From positions 53,889-117,888 of the IMG/VR virus record IMGVR_UViG_3300014202_000879: a stretch of 64,000 nucleotides of DNA. One strand, given 5' to 3'. The DNA is from a virus. The notes beneath the pieces are model-generated. The model was given only the letters and a program-made list of their open reading frames with translations. It was not told the origin of the DNA and searched no databases. Shown piece after piece: positions 44,854-53,967 of this stretch (its first letter is position 1; every line of letters begins with the position of its first letter). A program made the translations under genes and the position numbers.

Positions 44854-47061
44854 ATGAGCAAACTTGCCCAATTCAAGTCGATTTACGGTGCCCGTACCGG
44901 CATGTCGCACGAAGCCGCCATGATGACCCGCTTGGCCGCCGACATCTCCGCCCAGGTGGGCAAATCCTCGATGTTGCCCACCAGCTTGCGTGGCTCGGTG
45001 CTCGCCATCGAGTCCGCCGATGCTTCTGCTCGCGACAGCATCATGTCTTCCAAAGAAAACATGGGCGCCTCCATCACGGGCGTGCTCGGCACCAAAGGCT
45101 ACAAGATCAGCGAACTGGCTGTCGAAGCCGCCAGCATGGCTGCCCTCATGTCGCAAGACCTGAAGTCGTTCTTGTCCCACAAAGACAACCGCATGCACCC
45201 CGTCGGTCGTGTCGAAAACGGCACCCAGTTCGACTACCATTCGATCGTGATTCCGAACCACCGCGACGGCATGGACTACCGTGGCCGTGTGTCATTGGCC
45301 ACCGAAGCCTTCGATGAAACGAACAACCGCGACGCGGTGCTGTTCAACATCACCTACCAACTGGGTGCGGCCACGCAGAACAAGTTCGGCGAGACCATCT
45401 GGCCAACCATCATCATGGACCCCACGCGCAACGCCTTCGAGGTGGTTGCCGACATCCTGACGGTCTTTGATCGCGTCGAACACAAGACCGACGTCGCCCT
45501 CACCGACTTTGCGAAAAAGAACCTGATCCGCGCACAGGCCGATCCCACCATCCTGAAAAAGGACGCCAACCGCGCCATTCCGGTGTACCGCGCACAAAGC
45601 GCCGCTTTCTTCGTGCCCACCGCCGACCTGACGCCGCGCGACACCACCAACGGCGAAGAGTCCTTCCAGACCTCGATGCTGCGCACCCGCACCAACTTGA
45701 ACTTCATCGGCCTGTCGCAAACGCCTCTGCAGCTCGCTGCCGGTGCTGCTGACGCCAGCTACTCGTTGGACCCCAGCATCAACGTGGACTACATCCTGAT
45801 CAGCGTGACCGTTGGTGCCGATACCGACATTCTCAAGCTGCCTGTCAAGAATCTGCCCTACACGAACTTCACCCCTTCGGCACAGGACAACTACCGCAAG
45901 ATGACGTTGAATGCCCATTCCACGTCGCTGGTCATCAACAAGAACACCAAGACCGCCGCCGGTGGCCCGCTTGTTGCTCTGGCTGCTGTTGCCAACCCTG
46001 CCAACGAGTGGACCCTGCGTCTCGAGTTCCGCATGACTGGCGACATCAACCTGGAAACCGGTTTCGGCTACATCGACGGCCGTGTCGTTGGCGTGACCAC
46101 CATCGTGGACAAAAACAACCAAGTTCTGTCTCTGACGGCTGCCCCCCAGGCAACCGTGGTGAACGCTTTGGCCAACGTGGACATCGAAGGCTTTGAAGCC
46201 ATTCCGTTCAAGACCAACATCAACCGCGCTCAACAGGGTCAGTTCATCGACATGACCCGTTACTACCAATACTACCGCGTGCCACTGCGCGGCCCGATCA
46301 CCGCTCGCCGCCCAGCCAGCTTGGACGTGACCCAGGATGCATCCGACGTGCAACAGCTGGTGCAAGCCACCCGCACGATGCGCGCCAACGAAGCTGTGAC
46401 GGCCCTGCTGGACCAGCGCGACATGATCAAGTCGTACTACGACATCCGCGACGAAACCAACCTGGGTCCTGACCTGCTGGGTATCGGTCGCTTCTACGTG
46501 CGTGCGACGTACCTCTCGGACGAAGTGGACATGCTCTTGACCGTCGACTCGCTGCGTTCTGCGCAGCGCATGGAAGACGTGCGCATGGGCTTGCTCAACC
46601 GCATCCGCAACATGGTGTACGAACTGTGGCGCACCAGCGAATACAGTGCTGCTTCCGAAGCCCTCAACGGCGGCGTGGTGACGCGTCCTCATGTGGTGCT
46701 GGCCACCGACCCCTACATCAGCCAGTTCCTGATGCAGACCGGTGACCCACGCACCATCGCCACCGATTTCGAGTTCGAGATCGTCGACACGCTGGACTAC
46801 CGCATGCGCGGCCAGATCGCGGTGATCTTCTCCTCGATGGCAACTGACCGCACCGCTACGGTGGACCCACTGCAATTCGGTAACTGCTTGTACAGCACCG
46901 AAGTGGCCGTGACCGCCAACATCAGCCGTGGCAACACCTACACCAAGGAAACCATGGTGCAACCCCGCTACCTGTACATCGGCAACTGCCCGATCATGGG
47001 CTGGCTGACGGTCACCAACGTGCCCGAAGTGATGAAGAAAGTCACGGTCAACATGAGCTGA
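44854..47061 (+). CDS. Major capsid protein (phiKZ gp120-like)
   Basis: 735 aa from ATG 44854; propeptide ending SLATE-AFD, then FNI...A.QNKFGETIWPTII; C-terminal VQPRYLYIGNCPI; extreme codon bias; followed by a terminator. Confidence 0.88.
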   Translation: MSKLAQFKSIYGARTGMSHEAAMMTRLAADISAQVGKSSMLPTSLRGSVLAIESADASARDSIMSSKENMGASITGVLGTKGYKISELAVEAASMAALMSQDLKSFLSHKDNRMHPVGRVENGTQFDYHSIVIPNHRDGMDYRGRVSLATEAFDETNNRDAVLFNITYQLGAATQNKFGETIWPTIIMDPTRNAFEVVADILTVFDRVEHKTDVALTDFAKKNLIRAQADPTILKKDANRAIPVYRAQSAAFFVPTADLTPRDTTNGEESFQTSMLRTRTNLNFIGLSQTPLQLAAGAADASYSLDPSINVDYILISVTVGADTDILKLPVKNLPYTNFTPSAQDNYRKMTLNAHSTSLVINKNTKTAAGGPLVALAAVANPANEWTLRLEFRMTGDINLETGFGYIDGRVVGVTTIVDKNNQVLSLTAAPQATVVNALANVDIEGFEAIPFKTNINRAQQGQFIDMTRYYQYYRVPLRGPITARRPASLDVTQDASDVQQLVQATRTMRANEAVTALLDQRDMIKSYYDIRDETNLGPDLLGIGRFYVRATYLSDEVDMLLTVDSLRSAQRMEDVRMGLLNRIRNMVYELWRTSEYSAASEALNGGVVTRPHVVLATDPYISQFLMQTGDPRTIATDFEFEIVDTLDYRMRGQIAVIFSSMATDRTATVDPLQFGNCLYSTEVAVTANISRGNTYTKETMVQPRYLYIGNCPIMGWLTVTNVPEVMKKVTVNMS

Positions 47062-47084
47062 TCACCTACCGGGTGATGCGATAT

Positions 47085-47128
47085 CCCTCCCCATACCGCC
47101 ACAAACGGTATGGGGAGGGTGTCGTTTT
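47085..47128 (+). terminator. Terminator after capsid gene
   Basis: CCCTCCCCATACCG / CGGTATGGGGAGGG, 14-bp stem. Confidence 0.8.
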
Positions 47129-47191
47129 ATCTGAGAGTTTCTTACTTATTAACTGCCGGACCAACAGTTTCTACTTCACATCGGAGCAGCC

Positions 47192-47554
47192 ATGATCTTA
47201 CAGTTACTCGACCGACCTATCGATCGCCGTATTGCACAACAGATCCAGAGAGCCACAAATAAAGATTACATACGTGCTTTAGAAGAGGCTGTAGCACAAT
47301 ACAGCGCGTACGGTGAATGGTCGCATCCACCTATGGCCAAATCACACCCAGTGGTTCATATGTCGCCTTTTGTTTTCTTTGAAGGAGCAGATATGAGACA
47401 AAAACTGGATATGTACCAATTTGTCACAAATCAACTTCTGTACAGCGGACCACCGTTTGGCTTTCATCCTCTGGAGTTCGGTGCCAAACGGTGGTATCCT
47501 GACAAAGTAAAGGTCGCCTACATTGAGACATCTAACGGCGCCCGTACTTCGTAA
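47192..47554 (+). CDS. Hypothetical protein
   Basis: 120 aa after GGAG. Confidence 0.6.
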   Translation: MILQLLDRPIDRRIAQQIQRATNKDYIRALEEAVAQYSAYGEWSHPPMAKSHPVVHMSPFVFFEGADMRQKLDMYQFVTNQLLYSGPPFGFHPLEFGAKRWYPDKVKVAYIETSNGARTS

Positions 47555-47567
47555 AACAAATCAATGG

Positions 47568-47584
47568 CATATACCTTAACTGAC
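47568..47584 (+). promoter_or_regulatory. Putative early promoter motif, copy 6
   Basis: CATATACCTTAACTGACACTCTGGCTAATAGT, identical to copy 4 for 32 nt. Confidence 0.75.
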
Positions 47585-47656
47585 ACTCTGGCTAATAGTA
47601 GCAAGGATGTCAGCCACAAGGTCGTGGTAATCACTTATAACGGAACTGGTGAAAAA

Positions 47657-47980
47657 ATGAAAACCCTAATTGGCTTACTTCTGATGTTGCTTGTGACATC
47701 ATCAATGGCGGCTACCAAGAGGATCTACATCAATGAACAAGATGTGATCATCGATGTCAAGAGAGTGCAAAGGGTGCTCATGTACCATGATGGTGCGTAC
47801 GGCCTGTCACCGGAGGGTCGTATCATGATCTGTGACCAAGAGAACCTTGTTGTGGCTATGGGAGGGAAAACAACCTGCGCCAAGTGGGTAGAGATTTTCG
47901 ATAAGAGAATCCCTGGGTACAAACTCAGTGGATTTAGTTTTGTGAGCTCAGGCTTGCGTCTTTTCTATAACAAGGAGTAA
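47657..47980 (+). CDS. Small exported protein with signal peptide
   Basis: MKTLIGLLLMLLVTSSMAA from ATG 47657; the upstream in-frame extension overlaps the promoter motif and is probably not translated. Confidence 0.65.
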   Translation: MKTLIGLLLMLLVTSSMAATKRIYINEQDVIIDVKRVQRVLMYHDGAYGLSPEGRIMICDQENLVVAMGGKTTCAKWVEIFDKRIPGYKLSGFSFVSSGLRLFYNKE

Positions 47981-48453
47981 TGATGGCAAAATTGATTGAG
48001 GCATTCAGGTCCGGTGTCCGCATAGAGAGCGGCATAACACCCGACATGCTGATGGGCGAGTTCATTGGCAAATGCCAGGTGGCTATGGCTATGCTGGAGT
48101 GGCAGTTTCCAGACAGCTACCCGGCCCACAGAAGGCCACCTACCCTGACCGCAGCGTCAATCGTCCCGACCGACAGAGAGAACCTAACACCGGAAACCAT
48201 CGAGTTGGTGTCTCAGCTGCAGTCGTGGTTCAACATGAATGCCCAAAAACTCTCCGGGCACAAAAAACTGACTGCCAGCCGGTTTCCTCAGGAGGTCATC
48301 TATGGTGGTGATGTGAATCTGTGGCTGCAGATCACATCACGAACCAGGGACACCAACTGGTTTACTGCGACGGTTGCCTTTCACAGGGCACAATACAACA
48401 GGCTGAATTTGGAGCTTAAAACTGTGATCGATGTCAAGGCCCCAGGCCGCTGA
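47980..48453 (+). CDS. Hypothetical protein
   Basis: 157 aa after AAGGAG; TAATG overlap. Confidence 0.65.
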   Translation: MMAKLIEAFRSGVRIESGITPDMLMGEFIGKCQVAMAMLEWQFPDSYPAHRRPPTLTAASIVPTDRENLTPETIELVSQLQSWFNMNAQKLSGHKKLTASRFPQEVIYGGDVNLWLQITSRTRDTNWFTATVAFHRAQYNRLNLELKTVIDVKAPGR

Positions 48454-48459
48454 GTTACT

Positions 48460-48519
48460 CTGGGAAATAGGGTGGTCGCACAAACCGACTCACCTATTTC
48501 CCAGTGCTTCTTTTTTTTA
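48460..48519 (+). terminator. Intrinsic terminator
   Basis: CTGGGAAATAGG / CCTATTTCCCAG followed by a T-run. Confidence 0.7.
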
Positions 48520-48542
48520 CACATAACACACAAGGTGACCCG

Positions 48543-48950
48543 ATGACGTCTGCTTTGAATCAGGATAAACCCACCAGTGCCGCTTCGGCTATGCCGAAGA
48601 AAGGGTTTCGGTACCCCAACTTTACGCAACGAACCGAAATAGGCATTTTTCTTTTCAACAATCCTGACCCAGGGTTCTATAGCGCTTCCCGGTCACTGGC
48701 CACAGCAGAAGGGTTTCTCGATCCTTCTTGGGTGACTAACAAAAGAGAAATGACTTCCAAGTGGCTGAAAAGAAACCATATCGTCAACATGGTGGCCGTC
48801 AGCATCAAACCAAATGTGTACAACTGCTTCATGCTGATGACCAACAACAGTGTCGTTGCAGCGAATGTACCGTTCAAAAGCTCAGAGAAAACGGATACGC
48901 GTATCAAAAACATCGTTACTGCTTTGTTTCGTCAGTGTGAGAAATCTTAA
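48543..48950 (+). CDS. Hypothetical protein
   Basis: ATG 48543 after AAGGT. Confidence 0.55.
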   Translation: MTSALNQDKPTSAASAMPKKGFRYPNFTQRTEIGIFLFNNPDPGFYSASRSLATAEGFLDPSWVTNKREMTSKWLKRNHIVNMVAVSIKPNVYNCFMLMTNNSVVAANVPFKSSEKTDTRIKNIVTALFRQCEKS

Positions 48951-48973
48951 CCCAACCTAAGGACAATCTGTCT

Positions 48974-51307
48974 ATGTGGAAACTCAAAAAAGTCATCAAG
49001 CGCGACGGTGACACCCAGCCGTTCGATATCAACAAACTCAAGGGATGGGCCAGGTGGGCCAGTGTGGGTTTGAATTTGAACTGGGGCTCCAAGTTGTCCT
49101 CTGTGCTCAAAGACGTCGACCTGGAATGCATTCACACGGCCAAACTCAATGCAATGTTGATCGATAGCCTGGAGTCTTCTGAGGTCTACGACGAGCACGT
49201 GATGGCTGGACGACTGGTGGCCGCCGACATTCGCAAAGAGCTGTTTACGAACGGCGTGCTGCCTACGGTGCAAGCCAATTACGAGCGCATGCTCGCTGTC
49301 AAGTTGGTGGAACACTGGGACTTGAGTGCCGATGACTGGAAGCTGGTGGAAGCTACCATCGACCATACACGCGATTTCGAGATGACCAGCTGTGAAGTCA
49401 AACAGATTGTGTCAAAATACGCTGTAAAGAACAGCATCGACAAAAAAACATACGAGACCCCACAATTCGTTTACATGCGCATGGCTATCGCCCTATCAAT
49501 CGGCGCAGAAAAGCTGTACAAAGCCCGTTTGGTGCGTTTGAATGGCATGCCCAGCGAACACGTGATGCCAAGCAAGCAAGAACTCATCGTGATGTTCTAC
49601 GATGCGTACTCCATGAAGCGTTTATCGGCACCCACGCCGAACTATTTGTACCTGGGCACACCTCACCATGGGCTAGCTTCATGTTGTTTGGTGGTGGCCG
49701 GTGACTCCATCAACTCGATGGTGACTGCCGATTTGATCTCCACCACCATGACTGCCAGGTCCTGTGGCATTGGCTCGTCCATCATTGCACGCAGCGTGGG
49801 TGACCCTGTACAGAACGGTCGTGTCAGACACCAGGGCAAGATGCCCTATTACGAACACCGTGGCACAGGTGTGAAAGCCAACATGCAAGCTGGCCGAGGC
49901 GGCGCATGCACCGAGTACTTCAGCGCGTACGACCCAGAGGTCATGACGATCTTGGTGGCTCAGAACCCAGCCACCCCAGCAGACAAGCAAAACCGGATGA
50001 TCCATTTTGCCAGTATGCTCAACCGCTTCTTGATGGAGAAAGCACTGCTTCGTGAGCAGGTCTTTACCTTCAACTGCTACACGGCACCCGATTTGCACGA
50101 AGCTTTGTACGACTCTGATCCGAACAAGTTCCGTGAACTCTACGAGAAGTACGAGAACGATCCGGCCTTCAAGAAGAACTATCTCGATGCAGCCAGTCTG
50201 ATCACAAAGATGAACAGCGAGAGCATCGAGGTCTCTACGCTGTACTTGAGCTTCATCGACGAAGTCAACCGCCACACACCCTACAAAGAACCCATTCGTT
50301 TGGGCAACTTGTGTACGGAAGTGTACCAGGTGGCCAAACCCTATACCTCTTCCAAAAAACTCTACGAGTTCGATGAGAACGACGGTGAGGTGAGTATGTG
50401 CTCTCTGGGCGCTGTGGTGGAATGCAACATCGACGAAGACGACGACGCCACGTACGAGCAGATTGCTTTCTTGGGTTTGCTGCAGATCGACGTGTGTATT
50501 CACGAATCAACATACGCTTTCCCCAACATCGAGTTCACCGCAAGGAGCCGATTGAACGCGGGTTTGGGTATGATGGGCAATGCCTACAGCTTGGCCAAGA
50601 AGGGTCTGTCGATCACCACGGTGGAGGGCCTCAACAAAGTTCACCGTATGGCTGAGCGCCATGCGTACTTTGCGCTGAAAGCTTCTTTGAAGCTGGGTCG
50701 CATACTGGGTAATGCACCATGGATTCACAAAACCAAATGGCCAGACGGCTGGTCGTGGCTCAGTACCTACAACAGTAACACCGATGACATCCATTCACAG
50801 GCACTTCGATATGACTGGTATACCCTCATAGCCGAGGTGGTGGAAAACAAAGGCATCCGCAACAGCGTGCTGATCAACCTTATGCCGGGTGAGTCTTCAT
50901 CCAAGGCTTTGGGTGTGCCTAACTCGGTGTACTTGCCCAAGAAGCTGCTGCTGACGAAGACCGACGAGAACAACTCACTGGCTTGGTGTGCACCACAGCC
51001 CAAGAACGACTACGCACAATACGAACTCGCTTTTGATGTCGACAACATTCACCACATCCGAATGCACAGCCTCTATCAGAAGTGGTGTGACAGCGGTGGC
51101 TCATTTGACACCTATGTGCGCCGCACGGGCGTAAACGCCGAGGGCGAAGAGTCTGGTGATGATGTCATCATGATGAGCCAAAACAAAATGCTCCTGGAGA
51201 CTGCCGAGATGGTGCGTCTTGGCTGGAAGTCACGCTACTATGTCCATACCGAATCATTCACCAACGAAGACATTGGCGCCTGTGGTAGCGGCGGCTGTAC
51301 TCTCTAA
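48974..51307 (+). CDS. nrdA: Ribonucleotide reductase class Ia, alpha subunit
   Basis: N-terminal ATP-cone-like VIKRDG; ETPQFVYMR; ASCC; GNLCTE; MPGESSS; YY pair; C-terminal CGSGGC redox cysteines. Confidence 0.93.
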   Translation: MWKLKKVIKRDGDTQPFDINKLKGWARWASVGLNLNWGSKLSSVLKDVDLECIHTAKLNAMLIDSLESSEVYDEHVMAGRLVAADIRKELFTNGVLPTVQANYERMLAVKLVEHWDLSADDWKLVEATIDHTRDFEMTSCEVKQIVSKYAVKNSIDKKTYETPQFVYMRMAIALSIGAEKLYKARLVRLNGMPSEHVMPSKQELIVMFYDAYSMKRLSAPTPNYLYLGTPHHGLASCCLVVAGDSINSMVTADLISTTMTARSCGIGSSIIARSVGDPVQNGRVRHQGKMPYYEHRGTGVKANMQAGRGGACTEYFSAYDPEVMTILVAQNPATPADKQNRMIHFASMLNRFLMEKALLREQVFTFNCYTAPDLHEALYDSDPNKFRELYEKYENDPAFKKNYLDAASLITKMNSESIEVSTLYLSFIDEVNRHTPYKEPIRLGNLCTEVYQVAKPYTSSKKLYEFDENDGEVSMCSLGAVVECNIDEDDDATYEQIAFLGLLQIDVCIHESTYAFPNIEFTARSRLNAGLGMMGNAYSLAKKGLSITTVEGLNKVHRMAERHAYFALKASLKLGRILGNAPWIHKTKWPDGWSWLSTYNSNTDDIHSQALRYDWYTLIAEVVENKGIRNSVLINLMPGESSSKALGVPNSVYLPKKLLLTKTDENNSLAWCAPQPKNDYAQYELAFDVDNIHHIRMHSLYQKWCDSGGSFDTYVRRTGVNAEGEESGDDVIMMSQNKMLLETAEMVRLGWKSRYYVHTESFTNEDIGACGSGGCTL

Positions 51308-51322
51308 AGAAGGAAAAGAACC

Positions 51323-52465
51323 ATGACCGATATCCTTACCCCGGTTGAGAACAAACACATCTTCAGTGGCCATGATCAGAAAGGAAAAATCAGTCTTTTC
51401 TTGGGCGAGAAGCCCGCTTTGGTCGATACGGTGAACTGTCAGTATCCGCAACTGATGCGGCTGTACTCGCAGCTTCGCAGCATGGACTGGCCTTTCAACG
51501 AGTTCCCTTTCCATATCTGCAACGCCCAGTTCAAAGCGGCCAAACGCAGTGACTACCAGGCGATGATCAACACGTTAGGCTGGCAATGGGAGATGGACTC
51601 TGTGGCTGCCAGGAGCATCATTGGTGTGGCAGCACCTTTCATCTCCAGCTCTGAACTCACTGTTCTGTGGACCAAGATCACCGAGAACGAGAACACCCAT
51701 GCGTTGTCTTACTCGGAAGCCGTACGTTACAGCTTTGATGACCCCAGTGAAGTGAAAAATGCTGTGCTGGAGATCAAAGAAGCACAGGGGCGTATGAACG
51801 TGGTCTCCAGGATCATGGAAGAAGCTTACACCGTGGGACACATGTTGTCCCTGGGAATGATCGATCGCACAGACCCACGTGCCTACCGCGCGATCTTCAT
51901 GTTCACGGTAGCCCTTTTGGTAATGGAGCGTGGACAATTCAACCCCAGCTTCGCCATTACGTTTGCCTATGCCAGTGTAGGCAGGTTTGTGCCTATCGGT
52001 ACGATGGTGCAGAAAATCCAGGCCGATGAGTTCCAGATTCATCAGCGCGCAGACAAGGCCATTTTGCAAATCGAGATGGCTACCCCACGTGGACGCGAGT
52101 TCTTTGAGAGCAACAAGGAAGAGATCCGGTCTGTGATCGAAGAAGTTCGATCGACGGAATTGGCCTGGAATGCTTTCAACTACAAGTCGGTGGGCGAAGA
52201 TCAGATTGCAGGCTGCCTCTACAAGTACCAGCTGGACCGGTTTGTGGACTGGAACATCGCCTCCATCAACGAGTTCTTTGGCTTTGAAGACAAAAGTGCT
52301 CCACAAGACAACGGCTTGCCTTCCAGTATCTTCAAGATGTTCAACATGAACAACATCCAGACATCTCCTCAGGAGCAAAAGTTTGGCAACTATTTGAAGG
52401 TGTCTGTCATAGACGACCGACCAGCTGTCTACGATATCACCAAGCTCCTGGGTCGTCGTCCGTAA
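51323..52465 (+). CDS. nrdB: Ribonucleotide reductase class Ia, beta subunit
   Basis: W..NEF, WQWEMDS, ENTHALSY (iron ligands and radical Tyr), DEFQIH, SPQE. Confidence 0.92.
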   Translation: MTDILTPVENKHIFSGHDQKGKISLFLGEKPALVDTVNCQYPQLMRLYSQLRSMDWPFNEFPFHICNAQFKAAKRSDYQAMINTLGWQWEMDSVAARSIIGVAAPFISSSELTVLWTKITENENTHALSYSEAVRYSFDDPSEVKNAVLEIKEAQGRMNVVSRIMEEAYTVGHMLSLGMIDRTDPRAYRAIFMFTVALLVMERGQFNPSFAITFAYASVGRFVPIGTMVQKIQADEFQIHQRADKAILQIEMATPRGREFFESNKEEIRSVIEEVRSTELAWNAFNYKSVGEDQIAGCLYKYQLDRFVDWNIASINEFFGFEDKSAPQDNGLPSSIFKMFNMNNIQTSPQEQKFGNYLKVSVIDDRPAVYDITKLLGRRP

Positions 52466-52489
52466 GACTTCCTATCTACAGGTTACTCA

Positions 52490-52506
52490 CATATACTTCA
52501 ATTGAC
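52490..52506 (+). promoter_or_regulatory. Putative early promoter motif, copy 7
   Basis: CATATACTTCAATTGAC upstream of the operon containing the nvRNAP subunit; followed by a 17-bp stem at 52516-52555. Confidence 0.7.
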
Positions 52507-52583
52507 AGTAACCGACATCTATCACAGCGCGGGTTATTCCGTGCTGTGATAGATGATTTCATTTTGTTAAGCAAAGGTACAGC

Positions 52584-53933
52584 GTGACAACCATCATACC
52601 CCCAAGTATGGAGTACTCAACTTATGTTCAGAGATCAAAACTAAAGGACGCACAAAGGTCCCATTCCCATTCTTCGACAGGTTCGTTGTGTGTTTGCACC
52701 ACGGTGGTGGAGAACAATACATCGCGCACCATCATGCTGATCGATCGTTCCGGGGTCGTGACCCCTCACGAACCTATCGCCAGCGGACTCAACATGATTG
52801 CCTTCAGCACGGACATCGTCACGATCAAGAAGATTCATGAATTCAGATCCAGATCCGTCATGGAATCCACGGTCAGGCTGCTGGAGAATTCCATAGGTGT
52901 GGCAGACAACGGTGTCAATGAACCCAGCCACGTGCTCAGACATCTGAAGGAAGTTCTCAGGAATGCACCGGCAGCTACCAACATCAGCATACAGCTGACA
53001 TACGACATCGACATCAGTGGTTTGACAAACACGTCACCACGGCGCTACATCGAGAACCTGGACTTGGTGATTGACACTTACTTCGAACAGAGCTTCTCTG
53101 TTCACCCCCACAGCTCCAACGGGCAACATATCTCCAGCTTCCTGAAGTCTCCCAGGAGCATGGAGTGTCTACACATGGACATCGACATCATCGACAACAG
53201 CAACAGCATTGGTGAGCGATTTACAAACATACTGGGCCAGGTGGTTAAGATCACACCACGCAAAGACCCCAGCAAAGACAATGGCTTGCACCTTTCCATG
53301 TCGGGTCTCAACGACAAAGGCGAGCCTGGTTTCAGCAACGATGTTGTTGCGTTAGACAACATGCTCGATCTGAAGGTATTCCCGACAGCCGAACAAGCCC
53401 ACGGGTATGGTAACATGGCTGAGAAAGTCAAGCAGAGCAATTCGATTCTTGAGGCCGAGTTGCACAGGGCTGCTCTGCAGGCCAAAGAAGAACACAACCG
53501 TGCCCTAAATGCGATTCAGGCCGATCGCGAACGAGAGAAGGCTGAGCATGAAGCACTTATTGCGCGCATTAAACGGGATGCGATCACGACCCAGGCTGCC
53601 AGCGACCGAGAGCACCAAGAAGCCATGAACAGGTTAAAACAAGAAGCTTCGATGGCTTCTATCCGAACCGATTCCGTGAAAGACACTGCCTCCATCGAAG
53701 CTGCCCGCCACAAGGCAGCGATCGAGGCTATTGTGGATGGGATCGATATTCACCACAAAAAGTCTGTGCGCGACATCGATATGGGCACAAAAATCATAAA
53801 CGCAATCCCTGCTATGGTCAGTGGCGCAGCTGCTGCTGTGATAGCTATGAGACTCCTGGGTGATAAATCTAGCTCTGGTCTGGGAGATGTAAGCTTCTCG
53901 CCCTTGTCCGGTATTGGAGGATCGTCATGGTGA
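52584..53933 (+). CDS. Conserved protein (phiKZ gp122-like) with C-terminal coiled coil
   Basis: 449 aa; IDIIDN...ERFTNILGQV motif; lies immediately before the gp123-like gene. Confidence 0.6.
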   Translation: MTTIIPPSMEYSTYVQRSKLKDAQRSHSHSSTGSLCVCTTVVENNTSRTIMLIDRSGVVTPHEPIASGLNMIAFSTDIVTIKKIHEFRSRSVMESTVRLLENSIGVADNGVNEPSHVLRHLKEVLRNAPAATNISIQLTYDIDISGLTNTSPRRYIENLDLVIDTYFEQSFSVHPHSSNGQHISSFLKSPRSMECLHMDIDIIDNSNSIGERFTNILGQVVKITPRKDPSKDNGLHLSMSGLNDKGEPGFSNDVVALDNMLDLKVFPTAEQAHGYGNMAEKVKQSNSILEAELHRAALQAKEEHNRALNAIQADREREKAEHEALIARIKRDAITTQAASDREHQEAMNRLKQEASMASIRTDSVKDTASIEAARHKAAIEAIVDGIDIHHKKSVRDIDMGTKIINAIPAMVSGAAAAVIAMRLLGDKSSSGLGDVSFSPLSGIGGSSW

Positions 53934-53967
53934 ATCTAATGTTTGACACAACGAGAAAGAAAGGACC

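Noticed and set aside
45292-46962. Long antisense ORFs (556 aa here; also 11580..12962 and 6999..7952)
   Set aside because: Shadow frames of strongly codon-biased sense genes; no RBS or recognisable protein features.
48974-52465. Intron or intein in nrdA/nrdB (also checked helicase and RNAP subunit)
   Set aside because: Reading frames are continuous and of normal length, with no intein or homing endonuclease motifs.
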